Positions 46,278-57,174 of a DNA stretch of 64,000 nucleotides are shown in pieces. The notes below the pieces were generated by a model that was not told where the DNA came from, ran no database searches, and saw only the letters and a program-made list of their open reading frames with translations. Positions within the stretch are counted from its first letter, which is position 1. The number at the start of each line of letters is the position of its first letter. Position numbers and translations under genes: made by a program. Origin of the DNA: Bacteroidales bacterium (GTDB lineage Bacteria; Bacteroidota; Bacteroidia; Bacteroidales; UBA4181). The stretch covers positions 29,475 through 93,474 of the forward strand of contig JAISOY010000042.1 in assembly GCA_031275285.1 (NCBI GenBank). Reading direction: 5' to 3'.

Positions 46278-47252
46278 ATGATAGAAAAACTGATTTACTT
46301 GGAGGGTATTGACCCTCTTGATTTATATGGTGTAAATAATTTATTGTACGAAAAGATAAGGAGTTTTTTTCCTAAGTTGAAAATAGTGGCCCGTGGCGAT
46401 GAAATCAAGGTAATGGGCGAACAGCCGGAAATAGAACGTTTCGAACATGTGTTACAATATCTGATCAGCTACCATCAAAAATACAATCAACTTACCGAAG
46501 CGGATATTGTTAAGATCATGGAAGATACTGTGGCCGCCGAATTGGATTTGTCGGGTGTGGATGACAGTGTGATTGTCTACGGCAACAACGGTAAGAGCAT
46601 ACGTGCCCGTACTGTGAATCAACGGTTGTTGGTGGATGAATATGGAAAAAATGACTTGTTGTTTGCTATCGGTCCGGCAGGTACAGGAAAGACATATACA
46701 GCTATAGCTTTGGCTGTGAGTGCTTTTAGGAATAAATCAGTCAAAAAGATTATTCTGACCAGGCCCGCTGTCGAAGCAGGGGAGAAGCTCGGATTTTTAC
46801 CGGGGGATATGAAAGAGAAGCTTGACCCTTATTTGCAACCGCTATATGATGCTTTGCACGATATGATCCCGCCGCGCAAACTGGCTGACCTGATTGAAGC
46901 CGGTACCGTTCAGATAGCTCCTTTGGCTTATATGCGCGGAAGGACGCTGGATAATGCCTTTGTGATATTGGACGAGGCACAGAATGCTACTGTCAACCAG
47001 TTAAAAATGTTTCTCACCCGGATGGGACGGAATGCTAAATTTATTGTTACCGGTGATATCACACAAATCGATCTTCCGAATAAAAACCTTTCCGGACTGA
47101 ATTCAACTGTTCATTTATTGAAGGATATCAAAGGTATTTCAGTCATTCATTTTGATCAGCGTGATATCGTCAGACACCCATTGGTGAAAGACATTGTTGC
47201 GGCTTATGACCGGCAGGAAGAAAAAGAAAAAAATAAAAATAATAAAGAGTAA
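46278..47252 (+). CDS. phoH: PhoH-family ATPase
   Basis: 324 aa with Walker [10 protein letters not shown], then [24 protein letters not shown] and GDITQIDLP. Confidence 0.93.
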   Translation: MIEKLIYLEGIDPLDLYGVNNLLYEKIRSFFPKLKIVARGDEIKVMGEQPEIERFEHVLQYLISYHQKYNQLTEADIVKIMEDTVAAELDLSGVDDSVIVYGNNGKSIRARTVNQRLLVDEYGKNDLLFAIGPAGTGKTYTAIALAVSAFRNKSVKKIILTRPAVEAGEKLGFLPGDMKEKLDPYLQPLYDALHDMIPPRKLADLIEAGTVQIAPLAYMRGRTLDNAFVILDEAQNATVNQLKMFLTRMGRNAKFIVTGDITQIDLPNKNLSGLNSTVHLLKDIKGISVIHFDQRDIVRHPLVKDIVAAYDRQEEKEKNKNNKE

Positions 47253-47256
47253 AATA

Positions 47257-48204
47257 ATGAATGCACTTACAAAAACCAATTTCCATTTTCCGGAACAAAA
47301 AAGCCTGTATGTCGGAAAAGTTAGGGATGTATATGATATCGACGGTCGTTATTTAGTAATGGTGGTAAGTGACCGCATATCGGCGTTTGATGTTGTCTTA
47401 CCCAGGGGTATTCCATATAAGGGACAGGTATTGAATCAGATAGCATCAAAGTTTTTGGATGCTACGGCTGATATTGTACCTAACTGGAAAATTGCATCTC
47501 CGGATCCTATGGTGACCATAGGGCATCGTTGTGCGCCTTTTAAAGTAGAAATGGTTATACGCGGGTACCTTACAGGGCACGCATGGCGTGAATATCAATC
47601 GGGAAAACGTATGCTATGCGGCGTCCCTCTACCTGATGGTATGAAAGAAAATCAGAAATTCGATCGTCCGATCATTACTCCAACTACCAAAGCTGATGAA
47701 GGACATGACCTGGATATCTCAAGGGAAGAGATCATCAGGCAACATCTGGTTTCGGAAGCCGACTATATTCAGCTGGAGTCATATACTCAGGCTTTATTTG
47801 CCCGGGGAACACAAATGGCGGCAGAGAAAGGGTTGATTTTGGTCGATACCAAATATGAATTTGGTAAAAAAGATGGTAAAATATATTTAATTGATGAGAT
47901 CCATACGCCCGATTCGTCGCGTTACTTTTATGCCAATGGTTATGAAGATCGTCTGGCAAAAAATGAACCTCAGAAACAATTATCAAAAGAGTTTGTTCGC
48001 CAATGGCTGATCAGTAATGGTTTTCAGGGAAAAGAGGGGCAACAGGTACCGGAAATGACGGATGATTATGTTCATCAGGTTTCAGAGCGATATATCGAAT
48101 TGTTCGAGAAAATAACAGGAGAAACTTTCCAAAAAGCCAATACGGATCATTTGGAACAACGAATCGAAACGAACATTACAGGATACTTGAAAGACTTATT
48201 GTAG
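47257..48204 (+). CDS. purC: phosphoribosylaminoimidazole-succinocarboxamide (SAICAR) synthase
   Basis: The track ORF begins at an upstream TTG (47194) inside phoH. The ATG at 47257 gives [26 protein letters not shown]...VSDRISAFD...LVDTKYEFG...[10 protein letters not shown], the long-form PurC pattern. Confidence 0.9.
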   Translation: MNALTKTNFHFPEQKSLYVGKVRDVYDIDGRYLVMVVSDRISAFDVVLPRGIPYKGQVLNQIASKFLDATADIVPNWKIASPDPMVTIGHRCAPFKVEMVIRGYLTGHAWREYQSGKRMLCGVPLPDGMKENQKFDRPIITPTTKADEGHDLDISREEIIRQHLVSEADYIQLESYTQALFARGTQMAAEKGLILVDTKYEFGKKDGKIYLIDEIHTPDSSRYFYANGYEDRLAKNEPQKQLSKEFVRQWLISNGFQGKEGQQVPEMTDDYVHQVSERYIELFEKITGETFQKANTDHLEQRIETNITGYLKDLL

Positions 48205-48232
48205 ATCCGGAATAGAGATAAAAAATTAAAAG

Positions 48233-48742
48233 ATGGAAATATTAAATGGTATCCTTTCCCGTCGAAGCATCCGGAAATATACGGATGAAGTTATCCTGCG
48301 GGAAAAAATTGAAGGGTTGATTAAATACGGAATGTATGCACCGTCAGCACGTAATAAGCAGCCATGGCATTTTGTCTTGCTGAACGATCAGGTGATTTTT
48401 GAAAAAATGCTGGAATTCCAGCCCCATACCAAAATGTTGGCTGATGCGCAATGGGGGATTGTGGTTTGTGGTGATGATACATTGTCACATACGCCCGATT
48501 ATTGGCCGGTAGATTGCGCTGCAGCAACTCAAAATATCCTGTTAGCTGCTCATGGAATGGGATATGGAGCTGTGTGGCTGGGAATATACCCTCGTCCGGA
48601 GCGGGTTTCGGCCATGAAGGAGATACTGGCATTGCCGCCTCATATTCATGCGTTTTCTGTGATATCCGTTGGAGTTCCGGCACAGGAACCGAATCAACCC
48701 GAACGTTTCCATCCTGAAAGGATACACCTGAACCAATGGTAA
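48233..48742 (+). CDS. nitroreductase-family protein
   Basis: 169 aa with RRSIRKY, APSARNKQPWHF and AAHGMGYGAVW. Confidence 0.85.
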   Translation: MEILNGILSRRSIRKYTDEVILREKIEGLIKYGMYAPSARNKQPWHFVLLNDQVIFEKMLEFQPHTKMLADAQWGIVVCGDDTLSHTPDYWPVDCAAATQNILLAAHGMGYGAVWLGIYPRPERVSAMKEILALPPHIHAFSVISVGVPAQEPNQPERFHPERIHLNQW

Positions 48743-48743
48743 T

Positions 48744-49265
48744 ATGGATAATTTTATTGATGTATTGAAAATTATACTTCCATCTGTCATTTTATTGATG
48801 GCGGTATACTATATTGTCGGAAGTTTTTTCCGGAATAGTGAGAAAAGGTATAAATTAAAGGCAGTTAGAGGTAACCAGAAGTTAATCACGCCCATACGTT
48901 TACAGGCTTACGAACGACTTGTACTTTTTTTAGAGCGGATTTCTCCTGAATCCCTGGTGATGCGTGCCAATTATCCGGCTAATACCAGTGAACAATTGCA
49001 CAATGAATTGTTGCAGGCCATCCGTGCCGAATACGAGCATAATTTATCACAACAGCTATATGTGTCTATCGAAGCATGGAATAGTGTGAAGAATGCCAAG
49101 AATTATACCATATCTTTGATCAATTCTGCTGCCGGTGAAGTGGAAGACAATGCTCCGGCCATTGAACTGAGTAAAAAAATCCTGAATATGATGATGGAAC
49201 TGGAACTGCCTCCGACCCAAAAAGCTATTGAGGAACTGAAAAAAGAGATACAGCAGATTTTTTGA
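48744..49265 (+). CDS. hypothetical membrane-anchored protein
   Basis: 173 aa with one N-terminal TM (ILPSVILLMAVYYIVGSFF), then a helical domain. It starts 2 nt after the upstream stop. Confidence 0.55.
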   Translation: MDNFIDVLKIILPSVILLMAVYYIVGSFFRNSEKRYKLKAVRGNQKLITPIRLQAYERLVLFLERISPESLVMRANYPANTSEQLHNELLQAIRAEYEHNLSQQLYVSIEAWNSVKNAKNYTISLINSAAGEVEDNAPAIELSKKILNMMMELELPPTQKAIEELKKEIQQIF

Positions 49266-49480
49266 TATTAAGCGCTCAGTGCTATTCGTTATTTTTTTTA
49301 AGTTGCATATATTGAGTTAATTAAGCCACTAAGTATAACGTTGATCTATAGGTATTACTTAATAATTTAGAAAAGAGGGAAATAAGAACATAAAAATGTT
49401 ATATCTTTGCGGATATCAGTATGTTCATTCTAAAATGATGATCATAAATGTTTTTGTGAAGACCAAAAACTCTTTATTGT

Positions 49481-49780
49481 ATGAAAAATAAGGGTATCCA
49501 GTTTATCATTCCTTTACTTAAGAATAAGTTCAGTCTTTCATTCATCGTTTTTTTTGTCTGGATCGTTTTTTTTGATTCCAATAATTTAATTGAGCGTACG
49601 GTAAGCCTGAATCGGGTGCATCAGTTGGAGAAAGATAAAATATATTATGAAAATAAGATCAGGGAAGACCATGCGAAGTTGGACGAACTGAAAAGCAATC
49701 CTGAAAATCTGGAGAAGTTTGCCCGGGAACAATATCTGATGAAAAAAGAAAACGAAGATATCTTTATTATTTCAGAATAA
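49481..49780 (+). CDS. septum formation initiator (FtsB/DivIC-like) family protein
   Basis: 99 aa with an N-terminal TM followed by a coiled coil (LNRVHQLEKDKIYYENKIREDHAKLDELKSNPENLEKFAREQYLMKK). A TATCTTTG box is at 49402-49409. Confidence 0.7.
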   Translation: MKNKGIQFIIPLLKNKFSLSFIVFFVWIVFFDSNNLIERTVSLNRVHQLEKDKIYYENKIREDHAKLDELKSNPENLEKFAREQYLMKKENEDIFIISE

Positions 49781-49785
49781 AATTC

Positions 49786-50397
49786 ATGACAGGCGATATA
49801 CTACTTGATTTTCCTGTCTATCAGACTCCTATTATACTTGCATCGGGATCACCCCGCCGGATCGAATTAATGAAACAGGCCGGATTCCGGTTTTCCGTAA
49901 AAACAGCTGCTAATGTAGATGAGTCTTATCCGCCGGGTTTGAAAAGGGAACAGATTCCTGTTTATCTGGCCAAGGTCAAGGCAGATGCATTCCTGGATAC
50001 ATATGGAGTCGATGATATGACGGTGGTCATTACAGCCGATACTATTGTCTGGATGAATGATTGTGTGCTGGGGAAACCGGTAAGCAGGGAGGAAGCGATC
50101 GGTATGTTGTCCGCATTATCCGGAAATAAGCATCATGTTTATACCGGAGTTTGTCTCACATCACGAAAAAAACAACAGTCATTCTTTTCAGAAAGCAAGG
50201 TGTTTTTCCGTAAATTGGATATGAATGAAATCAGCTATTATGTCGATCATTACCAACCGTATGATAAAGCCGGTGCATATGGGATACAGGAATGGATCGG
50301 ATATGTCGGGATAGAAAAAATAGAAGGCTCTTATTTTAATATCGTTGGATTACCCATACAGAAGTTATATTGTGAACTGTGTAGCTTTATCGCCTGA
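49786..50397 (+). CDS. maf: Maf-family nucleoside triphosphate pyrophosphatase
   Basis: 203 aa with ILASGSPRRIELM, ITADTIV, AGAYGIQ and NIVGLP. Confidence 0.92.
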   Translation: MTGDILLDFPVYQTPIILASGSPRRIELMKQAGFRFSVKTAANVDESYPPGLKREQIPVYLAKVKADAFLDTYGVDDMTVVITADTIVWMNDCVLGKPVSREEAIGMLSALSGNKHHVYTGVCLTSRKKQQSFFSESKVFFRKLDMNEISYYVDHYQPYDKAGAYGIQEWIGYVGIEKIEGSYFNIVGLPIQKLYCELCSFIA

Positions 50398-50401
50398 TAT
50401 T

Positions 50402-52258
50402 TCATTTTCCGACGGGAACAGTAAAATAAAATGTACTTCCTTCGTTTTCCAGGCTTTCGAACCAGATATTCCCATTATTCATTTCGACGAAATCTTTACA
50501 GAGCACTAAACCTAATCCGGATCCTTTTTCATTAGCTGTTCCCCTGCAAATAACATTTTCATTCATACAGAACAGCTTTTTTTGCTTTTCTACAGGCATA
50601 CCGGTGCCGTTGTCAGTAACAGATATAGTTACCTGATTACCTGTTAATTTACTTTCAATTTTTATGGTACCCTTGGCATGAGTGAATTTAATGGCATTGG
50701 AGATCAGGTTACGGAGTACAACATCGAACATGTTGGTATCAGCATATACCTTAATGGATGCGACATTGTTCTGTAAAATAATACCTTTTCGGGAGGCCTG
50801 CCCGTTTAGCTGATTGGATACCATCAGACTCCTTTCTTTGAGATCAAAGTTTTCCGGTTCGGCATGTATCCCTTTCATTTGAGTTTTAGACCAATATAAA
50901 AGATTATTGATCAGAAGGAGTGTGTCGTCTACCTGATGGGAAAGTTCTTTAAGCATATCCCGTTGTGTATCTGCATCAATAAATGATTGTGAGGCGGATT
51001 TCAATAAAATGGAAAGGGATGCGATCGGACTTCTTAAATCATGGGCTACAAGGGAAAACAACCGGTCTTTTACTCCATGTAATTTTTGTAATTCTTCATT
51101 GGTTTTCTTCAATAAACGGTGGTCAACTACTCTTCGTTTATAATACCTGAACAATAGAACAGAAAGTATAACTATCAGGATCAATAAGATAGTCAACAGG
51201 AAAATCATCTTACGTTGTATCTGCTTTTCTTTATGTAATGTATTAAAGTCTGCTTCTGATTTTTCAAATTGATCCCATGTTTTCATTCTGGCAGTTTCCA
51301 ATGTCTTGGATTTTAGAAAAATACTATCTTTTAACGCCATCCGTTCTTGATGATGTTTATAGGCATTGTAGTAATCCCCCCGTAAAGAGTCAAGGTGTTC
51401 ATGGATGACCGTTGTCATGTAACGTGCCTGGATATCATCTGTTGACAAATACTTATATTTTTCAACATAAAATAAGGCAGAATCTTCATTCCCAAGGTAG
51501 GCGTGAGCAATGGCAAGGGATTTATAAAGAAAATCAAGGCCATTAGGATTTGTAACGTCTTTGAGAAGCGGCATGGCTTCATGTATCCGTTTAATGGATT
51601 CCTGGTCTTTGTCCCGATGTGCAAGGTAAACACTATGATGAACAATCACGGAGCCTTTATAGATACCATAGCAGGAAGTATCACTAAGTACCATTTCTAT
51701 GGCATCCAGTAATTTTTCATCCATCGTCACCTCCAGTTGCATGAATATATAATTTAAAGCCCTTGATATCTCCTTGATATTCTTTGACTCCATCGCCAGA
51801 TCCAATAACTTGTGGCCGTAAAGATTTGAGTTTTCAAAATCCTTTATAGTGGCTGATACAAGTGCTATATTGCCATATACATAACAGAGCCGTAAAGTAT
51901 CCTTTAGACGGGTATATAACGATTCGGCTTTCTTGTACATTACGAAGGACTGATAATAGTCTTCAGTATACATATATCCTATTCCCAGGATATTAAAACC
52001 TCTGGCTAATCCGGGTTCGTAATCTTTTTCTTTGGCCATATTTATGGCTTTCTGTGCATACGTCTTGGTTTTTTCAAATTCATTATGCAGATAATATTCA
52101 TAAGCGATATTATTTAACAGGTCAACTTTTGCTGGATGATCTTTCCGGGACAAGGATAAACAATTTAACAAACTGTCTATTTTTGTGGTTGACTGTGCTA
52201 CAATACCGTTATTGAATAAATAAATCAAAAGAAAAAATATGACCCCGGTCCTTGGCAT
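50402..52258 (-). CDS. sensor histidine kinase with periplasmic/N-terminal TPR region (no adjacent response regulator)
   Basis: 618 aa: signal/TM, TPR-like repeats, one TM (IFLLTILLILIVILSVLLF), H-box LVAHDLRSPI, N-box LRNLISNAIKFT and G-boxes DNGTGMP / GSGLGL. Confidence 0.88.
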   Translation of the reverse strand: MPRTGVIFFLLIYLFNNGIVAQSTTKIDSLLNCLSLSRKDHPAKVDLLNNIAYEYYLHNEFEKTKTYAQKAINMAKEKDYEPGLARGFNILGIGYMYTEDYYQSFVMYKKAESLYTRLKDTLRLCYVYGNIALVSATIKDFENSNLYGHKLLDLAMESKNIKEISRALNYIFMQLEVTMDEKLLDAIEMVLSDTSCYGIYKGSVIVHHSVYLAHRDKDQESIKRIHEAMPLLKDVTNPNGLDFLYKSLAIAHAYLGNEDSALFYVEKYKYLSTDDIQARYMTTVIHEHLDSLRGDYYNAYKHHQERMALKDSIFLKSKTLETARMKTWDQFEKSEADFNTLHKEKQIQRKMIFLLTILLILIVILSVLLFRYYKRRVVDHRLLKKTNEELQKLHGVKDRLFSLVAHDLRSPIASLSILLKSASQSFIDADTQRDMLKELSHQVDDTLLLINNLLYWSKTQMKGIHAEPENFDLKERSLMVSNQLNGQASRKGIILQNNVASIKVYADTNMFDVVLRNLISNAIKFTHAKGTIKIESKLTGNQVTISVTDNGTGMPVEKQKKLFCMNENVICRGTANEKGSGLGLVLCKDFVEMNNGNIWFESLENEGSTFYFTVPVGK

Positions 52259-52409
52259 ATATGTTTTTTTTTATTTTATACGGAATTTATATGGAAAAGT
52301 TCCCAATTTTCAACAAAACATATGCCTTCCGGAAAAGAAACATGGTTAAGCTATACTTTTGAGTAGAAATGTTTTACTTTCGCGTTTTTTCTTCGTGTAT
52401 TTTTAAACA

Positions 52410-53126
52410 ATGGGCAATCATTTTTTCCGGTTCAAACAATTTATAGTCAACCAGTCGATGGCTGCGATGAAAGTGGGTGTAGACAGTGTGTTGCTGGGGG
52501 CATGGGTGGATGTTTCCCATGTTTCGCGTGTTCTGGACGTGGGTACGGGAACCGGGTTACTCGCTCTGATGATGGCACAACGAATTCCGGAGACTTATAT
52601 TGATGCAGTGGAAATTGATGAAGAGGCGTGTGCACAGGCCCGGAGAAACGTGGAGGAAAGCCCGTGGAATAAACATATAACAGTAACCTGTGGTGATTTC
52701 AGGAAATATGAATATCCAACAGGTATCAATTATGATTTAGTGATCTGTAACCCTCCTTTTTTTATAAGATCATTTAAATCAGAAGACAAGAAGCGTAACC
52801 TGGCTCGTCACAATGATACTCTTTCGCATGAAGACCTGTTATCTGCATCAATGAAACTACTTTCTTCGGATGGGATTGTGGCAGTTGTATTACCGGCGAC
52901 TGAAGCCCGATTATTCCTGGAGACAGCAGCTTCTCACGGATTATATCCGAAACGGCAGCTTCAGATACAATCTTATCCTTCCAAACCACCTCACCGCCTG
53001 TTGCTGGAATTGTCCAAAACCAACGGATCCGTTGAAAGCAGTATCTTGTCAATAGAAAATCACGAAAGAACCGATTTTACGGATGCTTACAAGGAAATGA
53101 CAAGAGAGTTTTACGTAAAGTTTTGA
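52410..53126 (+). CDS. tRNA1(Val) (adenine37-N6)-methyltransferase-like SAM-dependent methyltransferase
   Basis: 238 aa with FRFKQF...DSVLLGAW, SAM motif VLDVGTGTGLLALMMAQR and the catalytic NPPF. Confidence 0.82.
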   Translation: MGNHFFRFKQFIVNQSMAAMKVGVDSVLLGAWVDVSHVSRVLDVGTGTGLLALMMAQRIPETYIDAVEIDEEACAQARRNVEESPWNKHITVTCGDFRKYEYPTGINYDLVICNPPFFIRSFKSEDKKRNLARHNDTLSHEDLLSASMKLLSSDGIVAVVLPATEARLFLETAASHGLYPKRQLQIQSYPSKPPHRLLLELSKTNGSVESSILSIENHERTDFTDAYKEMTREFYVKF

Positions 53127-53442
53127 CGCTGTTTTTGTTGATGAATTTATTTCACATCATTGAGTGATGATTTCCATGGAATTTAGTAGCCGTTCTATAT
53201 TATTTTTATTGGAAAAACACAATAAGTTCAGTACAGGGTATAATCGATTAATTATAAATAAGCTATGCGCCTGTTTGATGTTTTCATACTCTCAAATATT
53301 TATTGAAAATATGAAAATTAAAAAAATGATTTATAGAGTTTATATGAAATACAGACAAATGTGTTAGATTTGGGCTAAATTCGGTTTAACGAATTGATTG
53401 TGATCCGTCAAATAGAAACTTGTTTATCTAAATATATCACCT

Positions 53443-56400
53443 ATGAAAAAAAGTAACTGCCTGGATTTAAGGAGGTATTTATTTACATCTCTTTTCTTTG
53501 CTATGCTCGTTCTACTCTCTTTTTCTTGTAGTTTGGGAGAGAAAAATGCGGTTGAAAAATTGCAAATCAATTTCACAACAAACCCTATCGGATTGGACGA
53601 CCCAACACCTCGTTTCAGTTGGCGGATAAAATCGGACAAAAGGGGTGTAATGCAAGAATCTTATCGGATAATTGTATCTACGGATAAACAAGGGAAATCA
53701 GTCGTATGGGATTCGGAAGTTGTGAATAATTCGCAATCTATCAATGTCCCGTATACTGGAAGCGCTCTTCAACCCAACACTCGCTATTATTGGAATGTGG
53801 AGATTGCCAGTAATAAAAACGATAAAATTAAGTCTAAAGAGTTGGCGTATTTTGAAACAGGCTTATTGAATTCCGGATGGAACGATGCCCAATGGATTCG
53901 TCATTTGAAAAAAAGTGAATTAAATAATTCCGATATTTCAAATTTCGATTTGGAGGCAGATGTTACACTGCTGTCCGACAATATAGGTATCATTTTCGGT
54001 GCATCAGACATGGGCAATATGCATATGTGGTCTGTGAATACTCATGATCATGAACACCCTATTTTACGGCGACATGTTTATGTAAACGGACGTTTAAATC
54101 AGGCCGATATTTCCATGAAGGAATTTTTCACTAAGGCTGATTTGCTGAACAAGGAACTTAGGGTGAAAATTAGTGTCAGGGGAAATAAAATAGAAACTTA
54201 TATCGATGGTAAACTAGTAGATACCGACCACGACTCGCCTCTAAAAGGTGATTATATCGGTTTTAGGGCGTTCAAAAGTCACAATCTAAACGAACATGCC
54301 TATATCGACAATATTAAACTGACATCATATGCCAGCTCAACTTCATCCGTAACTCTCGAAGAGGATTTTGAAAAAGAATCAAACAACTTCGATCAGGCAG
54401 AAACAATCGTTGTTGATGGGAATACAAAGTTAAACGTCTATTCAAAAAACAACGTTTTCAGTTTTCTACAAAATTCGGCAGGCGAAGTTCCGATGTTCAG
54501 GACAAAAATTGACTTGGACAAAAAAGTGGAATGGGCACGGATTTACTCATCAAGCTTGGGTATGTACGATCTGTTTGTTAATGGTGAGCGTGTCGGTCGT
54601 AAAATGGAGAATGGCTCTGTTATTTATGACGAGCTTAAGCCCGGATGGACCCATTATCTCAAAACTGTTTTCTACACCACCTATGACATAACTGATCAGC
54701 TTAAAAAGGGAGAGAACGCAATAGGGGCGATAGTTACGTCGGGTTGGATTAGCGGTGCCATTGCTCACAATAGGTACGGAAATCCCGATTTGGGTTTTAT
54801 AGCCAAGATCATGGTAAAATATAGTGATGGCAGTTCCGATACTTTCGTTACCAATACGGAAACCTGGGTGTCTTCTAATCAATCGGCCATCCGAAAAGCC
54901 GACATATACCACGGGGAGCACTATGATGCACGTATGGAGAGCAATTGGAACAGTCCGGGGTATGATGATTCCGGTTGGCAAAAAACCGGAATCAACACTT
55001 TTTTCAAAGGTAACATTACCGCCTTTATTGCTCCGCCGGTACAAATAAGAGAGGAGATGAACCAAACTCCAAAAACAACGACCATCTATGACGGAATTAC
55101 TCAAACAGGTTCCACCTTTGGCGAAGTTAACGTTATTAATAAATTGGAGGGCAAATCGATTATAAATCTTAAAAAAGGAGAAACCGCGATCATCGACTTT
55201 GGACAAAATATTGTGGGTTGGATTCACTTTAAAGTTAAAGGAGAATCTGGCACAAAGATGAGGGCGCGGTTTAGCGAAATGCTTAACGATTCGGGAGATC
55301 GCAAGCGCGGCAATGATAATGCAAAAGGAACGCTTTATCTGGAAAATCTCCGTAGTGCCCAAGCAACTCTATTTTACACTTTGAAAGGCGAAAAGGCAGG
55401 AGAAAAGTACAGGCCATCTATGACATTTTTCGGATTCCGGTACTGTGAAATAACGGCTCCGCAAGATATTATCATTGAGGAAATAATCGCAGAAGTGGTA
55501 GGTACGGTAGCAGAAGAAGAATCAAAGCTTACTACCTGCAATAAGTCAGTAAATCAATTATATAGCAATATTATCTGGGGACAACGCGGGAATTTTGTAA
55601 GTGTTCCGACTGATTGTCCGCAGCGTGACGAACGACTGGGATGGACAGGCGATACGCAGGTATTTTGCAGGACAGCAGCCTACAATTCTAATGTTAATTC
55701 ATTCTTCCACAAGTGGATGGGCGATATGAGGGATAGTCAACGTGCAGACGGTGCATATCCTGATGTAGCTCCCGAGCCGTATTTTGGAGCATGGGGAACT
55801 GCCGGTTGGGCAGATGCCGGGATCATTGTTCCATGGACTATTTATCAGATGTATGATGACAAGGCAATCATCGAGGAGAATTACGCATCTATGGAGAAAT
55901 ATATGGACTTTTTGGCAAGTCAAAAGGACGATAAATATCTATATAACGGCCCAACGTTGAATTATGGTGACTGGCTGGCATACGAACAAACAGACAGGCG
56001 TTATTTGAGTGTTTGCTATTATGCAAACGATGCGCTGCTGATGGCTGAAATGGCAAGTGCGTTAGGCAAAACTCAAGATGTGGATAAGTACAATACTTTA
56101 TATGACAATATCAAAAAAGAGTTCCAGGGCAGGTATATAGAAGAAGACGGGACTTTGAAACAAAAAACACAAACAGCTTATCTGTTGGCACTGAAATTCG
56201 ATCTGTTTCCAACCGAACAAGCTCAAAAGGATGCTCTTGATTTTCTGCTCAAAAAGATTGCCGATAATGGTTACAGGTTAAGTACAGGCTTTTTAGGCAC
56301 CTCTGTACTGAATCAGACTTTAAGCGAATACAATGCCAACGATATGGCATATAACCTCCTGCTTCAACGCAACGACCCGTCATGGTTGTACAGTGTAGAT

Positions 56401-56895
56401 CAGGGAGCGACCACCATTTGGGAGCGTTGGAACTCATATACTTTAGAAAAAGGTTTTGGCGACGCGGGTATGAACTCATTTAACCATTATGCTTACGGAG
56501 TGGTAGGAGAGTGGATGTATCGCTATATGGCGGGAATTGACCAGGCCAAAGAATCTGCAGGATTTAAACATATAGTGTTGCGCCCTATTCCTGATACGAG
56601 AAAATTCATTCCGGAAAATCAGGAACGGATAACAGAAACTGACGCAACCTTTGTTTCGGCGTATGGAGCTATTAAAAGTAAATGGAATGTAAGTGAGGGA
56701 AGTGCCAGATATGAGATAACCGTTCCGGCTAACACTATGGCAACGCTTTATTTACCTCAAGCAACAGAAGGAACATATGTATATGAGAATAAAATAAAAG
56801 CCGATTCAGTAGAAGGTGTTTCGTCTATAAAAGACGAGGGAGGCTATTTTGTTTTAGAATTAGGATCGGGTTCTTACCTTTTTGACGTAGAATAA
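53443..56895 (+). CDS. GH78-family alpha-L-rhamnosidase with an extra N-proximal concanavalin-like module
   Basis: 1150 aa, lipoprotein-like N-terminus ...LLSFSCS. Motifs are PRFSW, YYW and the GH78 catalytic-domain block VPTDCPQRDERLGWTGD, plus the C-terminal FNHYAYGVVGEWMY. Residues ~170-300 (DLEADVTLLSDNIGIIFGA...GDYIGFRAF...IDNIKLT) look like an inserted lectin/glucanase-fold domain. Confidence 0.85.
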   Translation: MKKSNCLDLRRYLFTSLFFAMLVLLSFSCSLGEKNAVEKLQINFTTNPIGLDDPTPRFSWRIKSDKRGVMQESYRIIVSTDKQGKSVVWDSEVVNNSQSINVPYTGSALQPNTRYYWNVEIASNKNDKIKSKELAYFETGLLNSGWNDAQWIRHLKKSELNNSDISNFDLEADVTLLSDNIGIIFGASDMGNMHMWSVNTHDHEHPILRRHVYVNGRLNQADISMKEFFTKADLLNKELRVKISVRGNKIETYIDGKLVDTDHDSPLKGDYIGFRAFKSHNLNEHAYIDNIKLTSYASSTSSVTLEEDFEKESNNFDQAETIVVDGNTKLNVYSKNNVFSFLQNSAGEVPMFRTKIDLDKKVEWARIYSSSLGMYDLFVNGERVGRKMENGSVIYDELKPGWTHYLKTVFYTTYDITDQLKKGENAIGAIVTSGWISGAIAHNRYGNPDLGFIAKIMVKYSDGSSDTFVTNTETWVSSNQSAIRKADIYHGEHYDARMESNWNSPGYDDSGWQKTGINTFFKGNITAFIAPPVQIREEMNQTPKTTTIYDGITQTGSTFGEVNVINKLEGKSIINLKKGETAIIDFGQNIVGWIHFKVKGESGTKMRARFSEMLNDSGDRKRGNDNAKGTLYLENLRSAQATLFYTLKGEKAGEKYRPSMTFFGFRYCEITAPQDIIIEEIIAEVVGTVAEEESKLTTCNKSVNQLYSNIIWGQRGNFVSVPTDCPQRDERLGWTGDTQVFCRTAAYNSNVNSFFHKWMGDMRDSQRADGAYPDVAPEPYFGAWGTAGWADAGIIVPWTIYQMYDDKAIIEENYASMEKYMDFLASQKDDKYLYNGPTLNYGDWLAYEQTDRRYLSVCYYANDALLMAEMASALGKTQDVDKYNTLYDNIKKEFQGRYIEEDGTLKQKTQTAYLLALKFDLFPTEQAQKDALDFLLKKIADNGYRLSTGFLGTSVLNQTLSEYNANDMAYNLLLQRNDPSWLYSVDQGATTIWERWNSYTLEKGFGDAGMNSFNHYAYGVVGEWMYRYMAGIDQAKESAGFKHIVLRPIPDTRKFIPENQERITETDATFVSAYGAIKSKWNVSEGSARYEITVPANTMATLYLPQATEGTYVYENKIKADSVEGVSSIKDEGGYFVLELGSGSYLFDVE

Positions 56896-56917
56896 ATGTC
56901 ATGAGAAAAGGAAAAAT

Positions 56918-57115
56918 ATGGAAGAAACAACCGTAAAGAAAAGCAATCATGGAGCTAATGTTCGCCGATGGAGAGAATGGCGAAATATCAATCAGGATGT
57001 ACTTGCTGAACAAGTAGGTGTGTCACAGGCAACCATGTATTTTTCACTCAACTGCTGTCTTTTAATGACTTTTATTAGTTTTAATAAAAAAGTATACCAA
57101 TGTTCTAACTATTAG
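56918..57115 (+). pseudogene. truncated XRE-type helix-turn-helix ORF
   Basis: 65 aa. NVRRWREWRNINQDVLAEQVGVSQATM is a typical HTH_3 helix2-turn-helix3. The reading frame then runs into low-complexity hydrophobic sequence (YFSLNCCLLMTFISF) and stops, so helices 4-5 are missing. Confidence 0.35.
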
Positions 57116-57174
57116 ATCTGTATACTTAATAATAGTTTCTCTTGTCTTTTTAGGATTTTACCGTTCGGTGGGTG

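Noticed and set aside
46278-47252. Idea that the cyclase-HD gene and phoH form a functional module, by analogy with phoH / HD-domain PgpH / ybeY operons in other phyla
   Set aside because: The HD protein here is soluble, fused to a cyclase, and separated from phoH by 100 nt containing its own TAnnTTTG box. The analogy is too loose to claim without neighbourhood statistics.
53164-53367. 67-aa ORF in the AT-rich spacer upstream of the GH78 gene
   Set aside because: GTG start. The composition is typical of AT-rich non-coding DNA (Ile/Lys/Phe/Met/Tyr), with no promoter box or motif.
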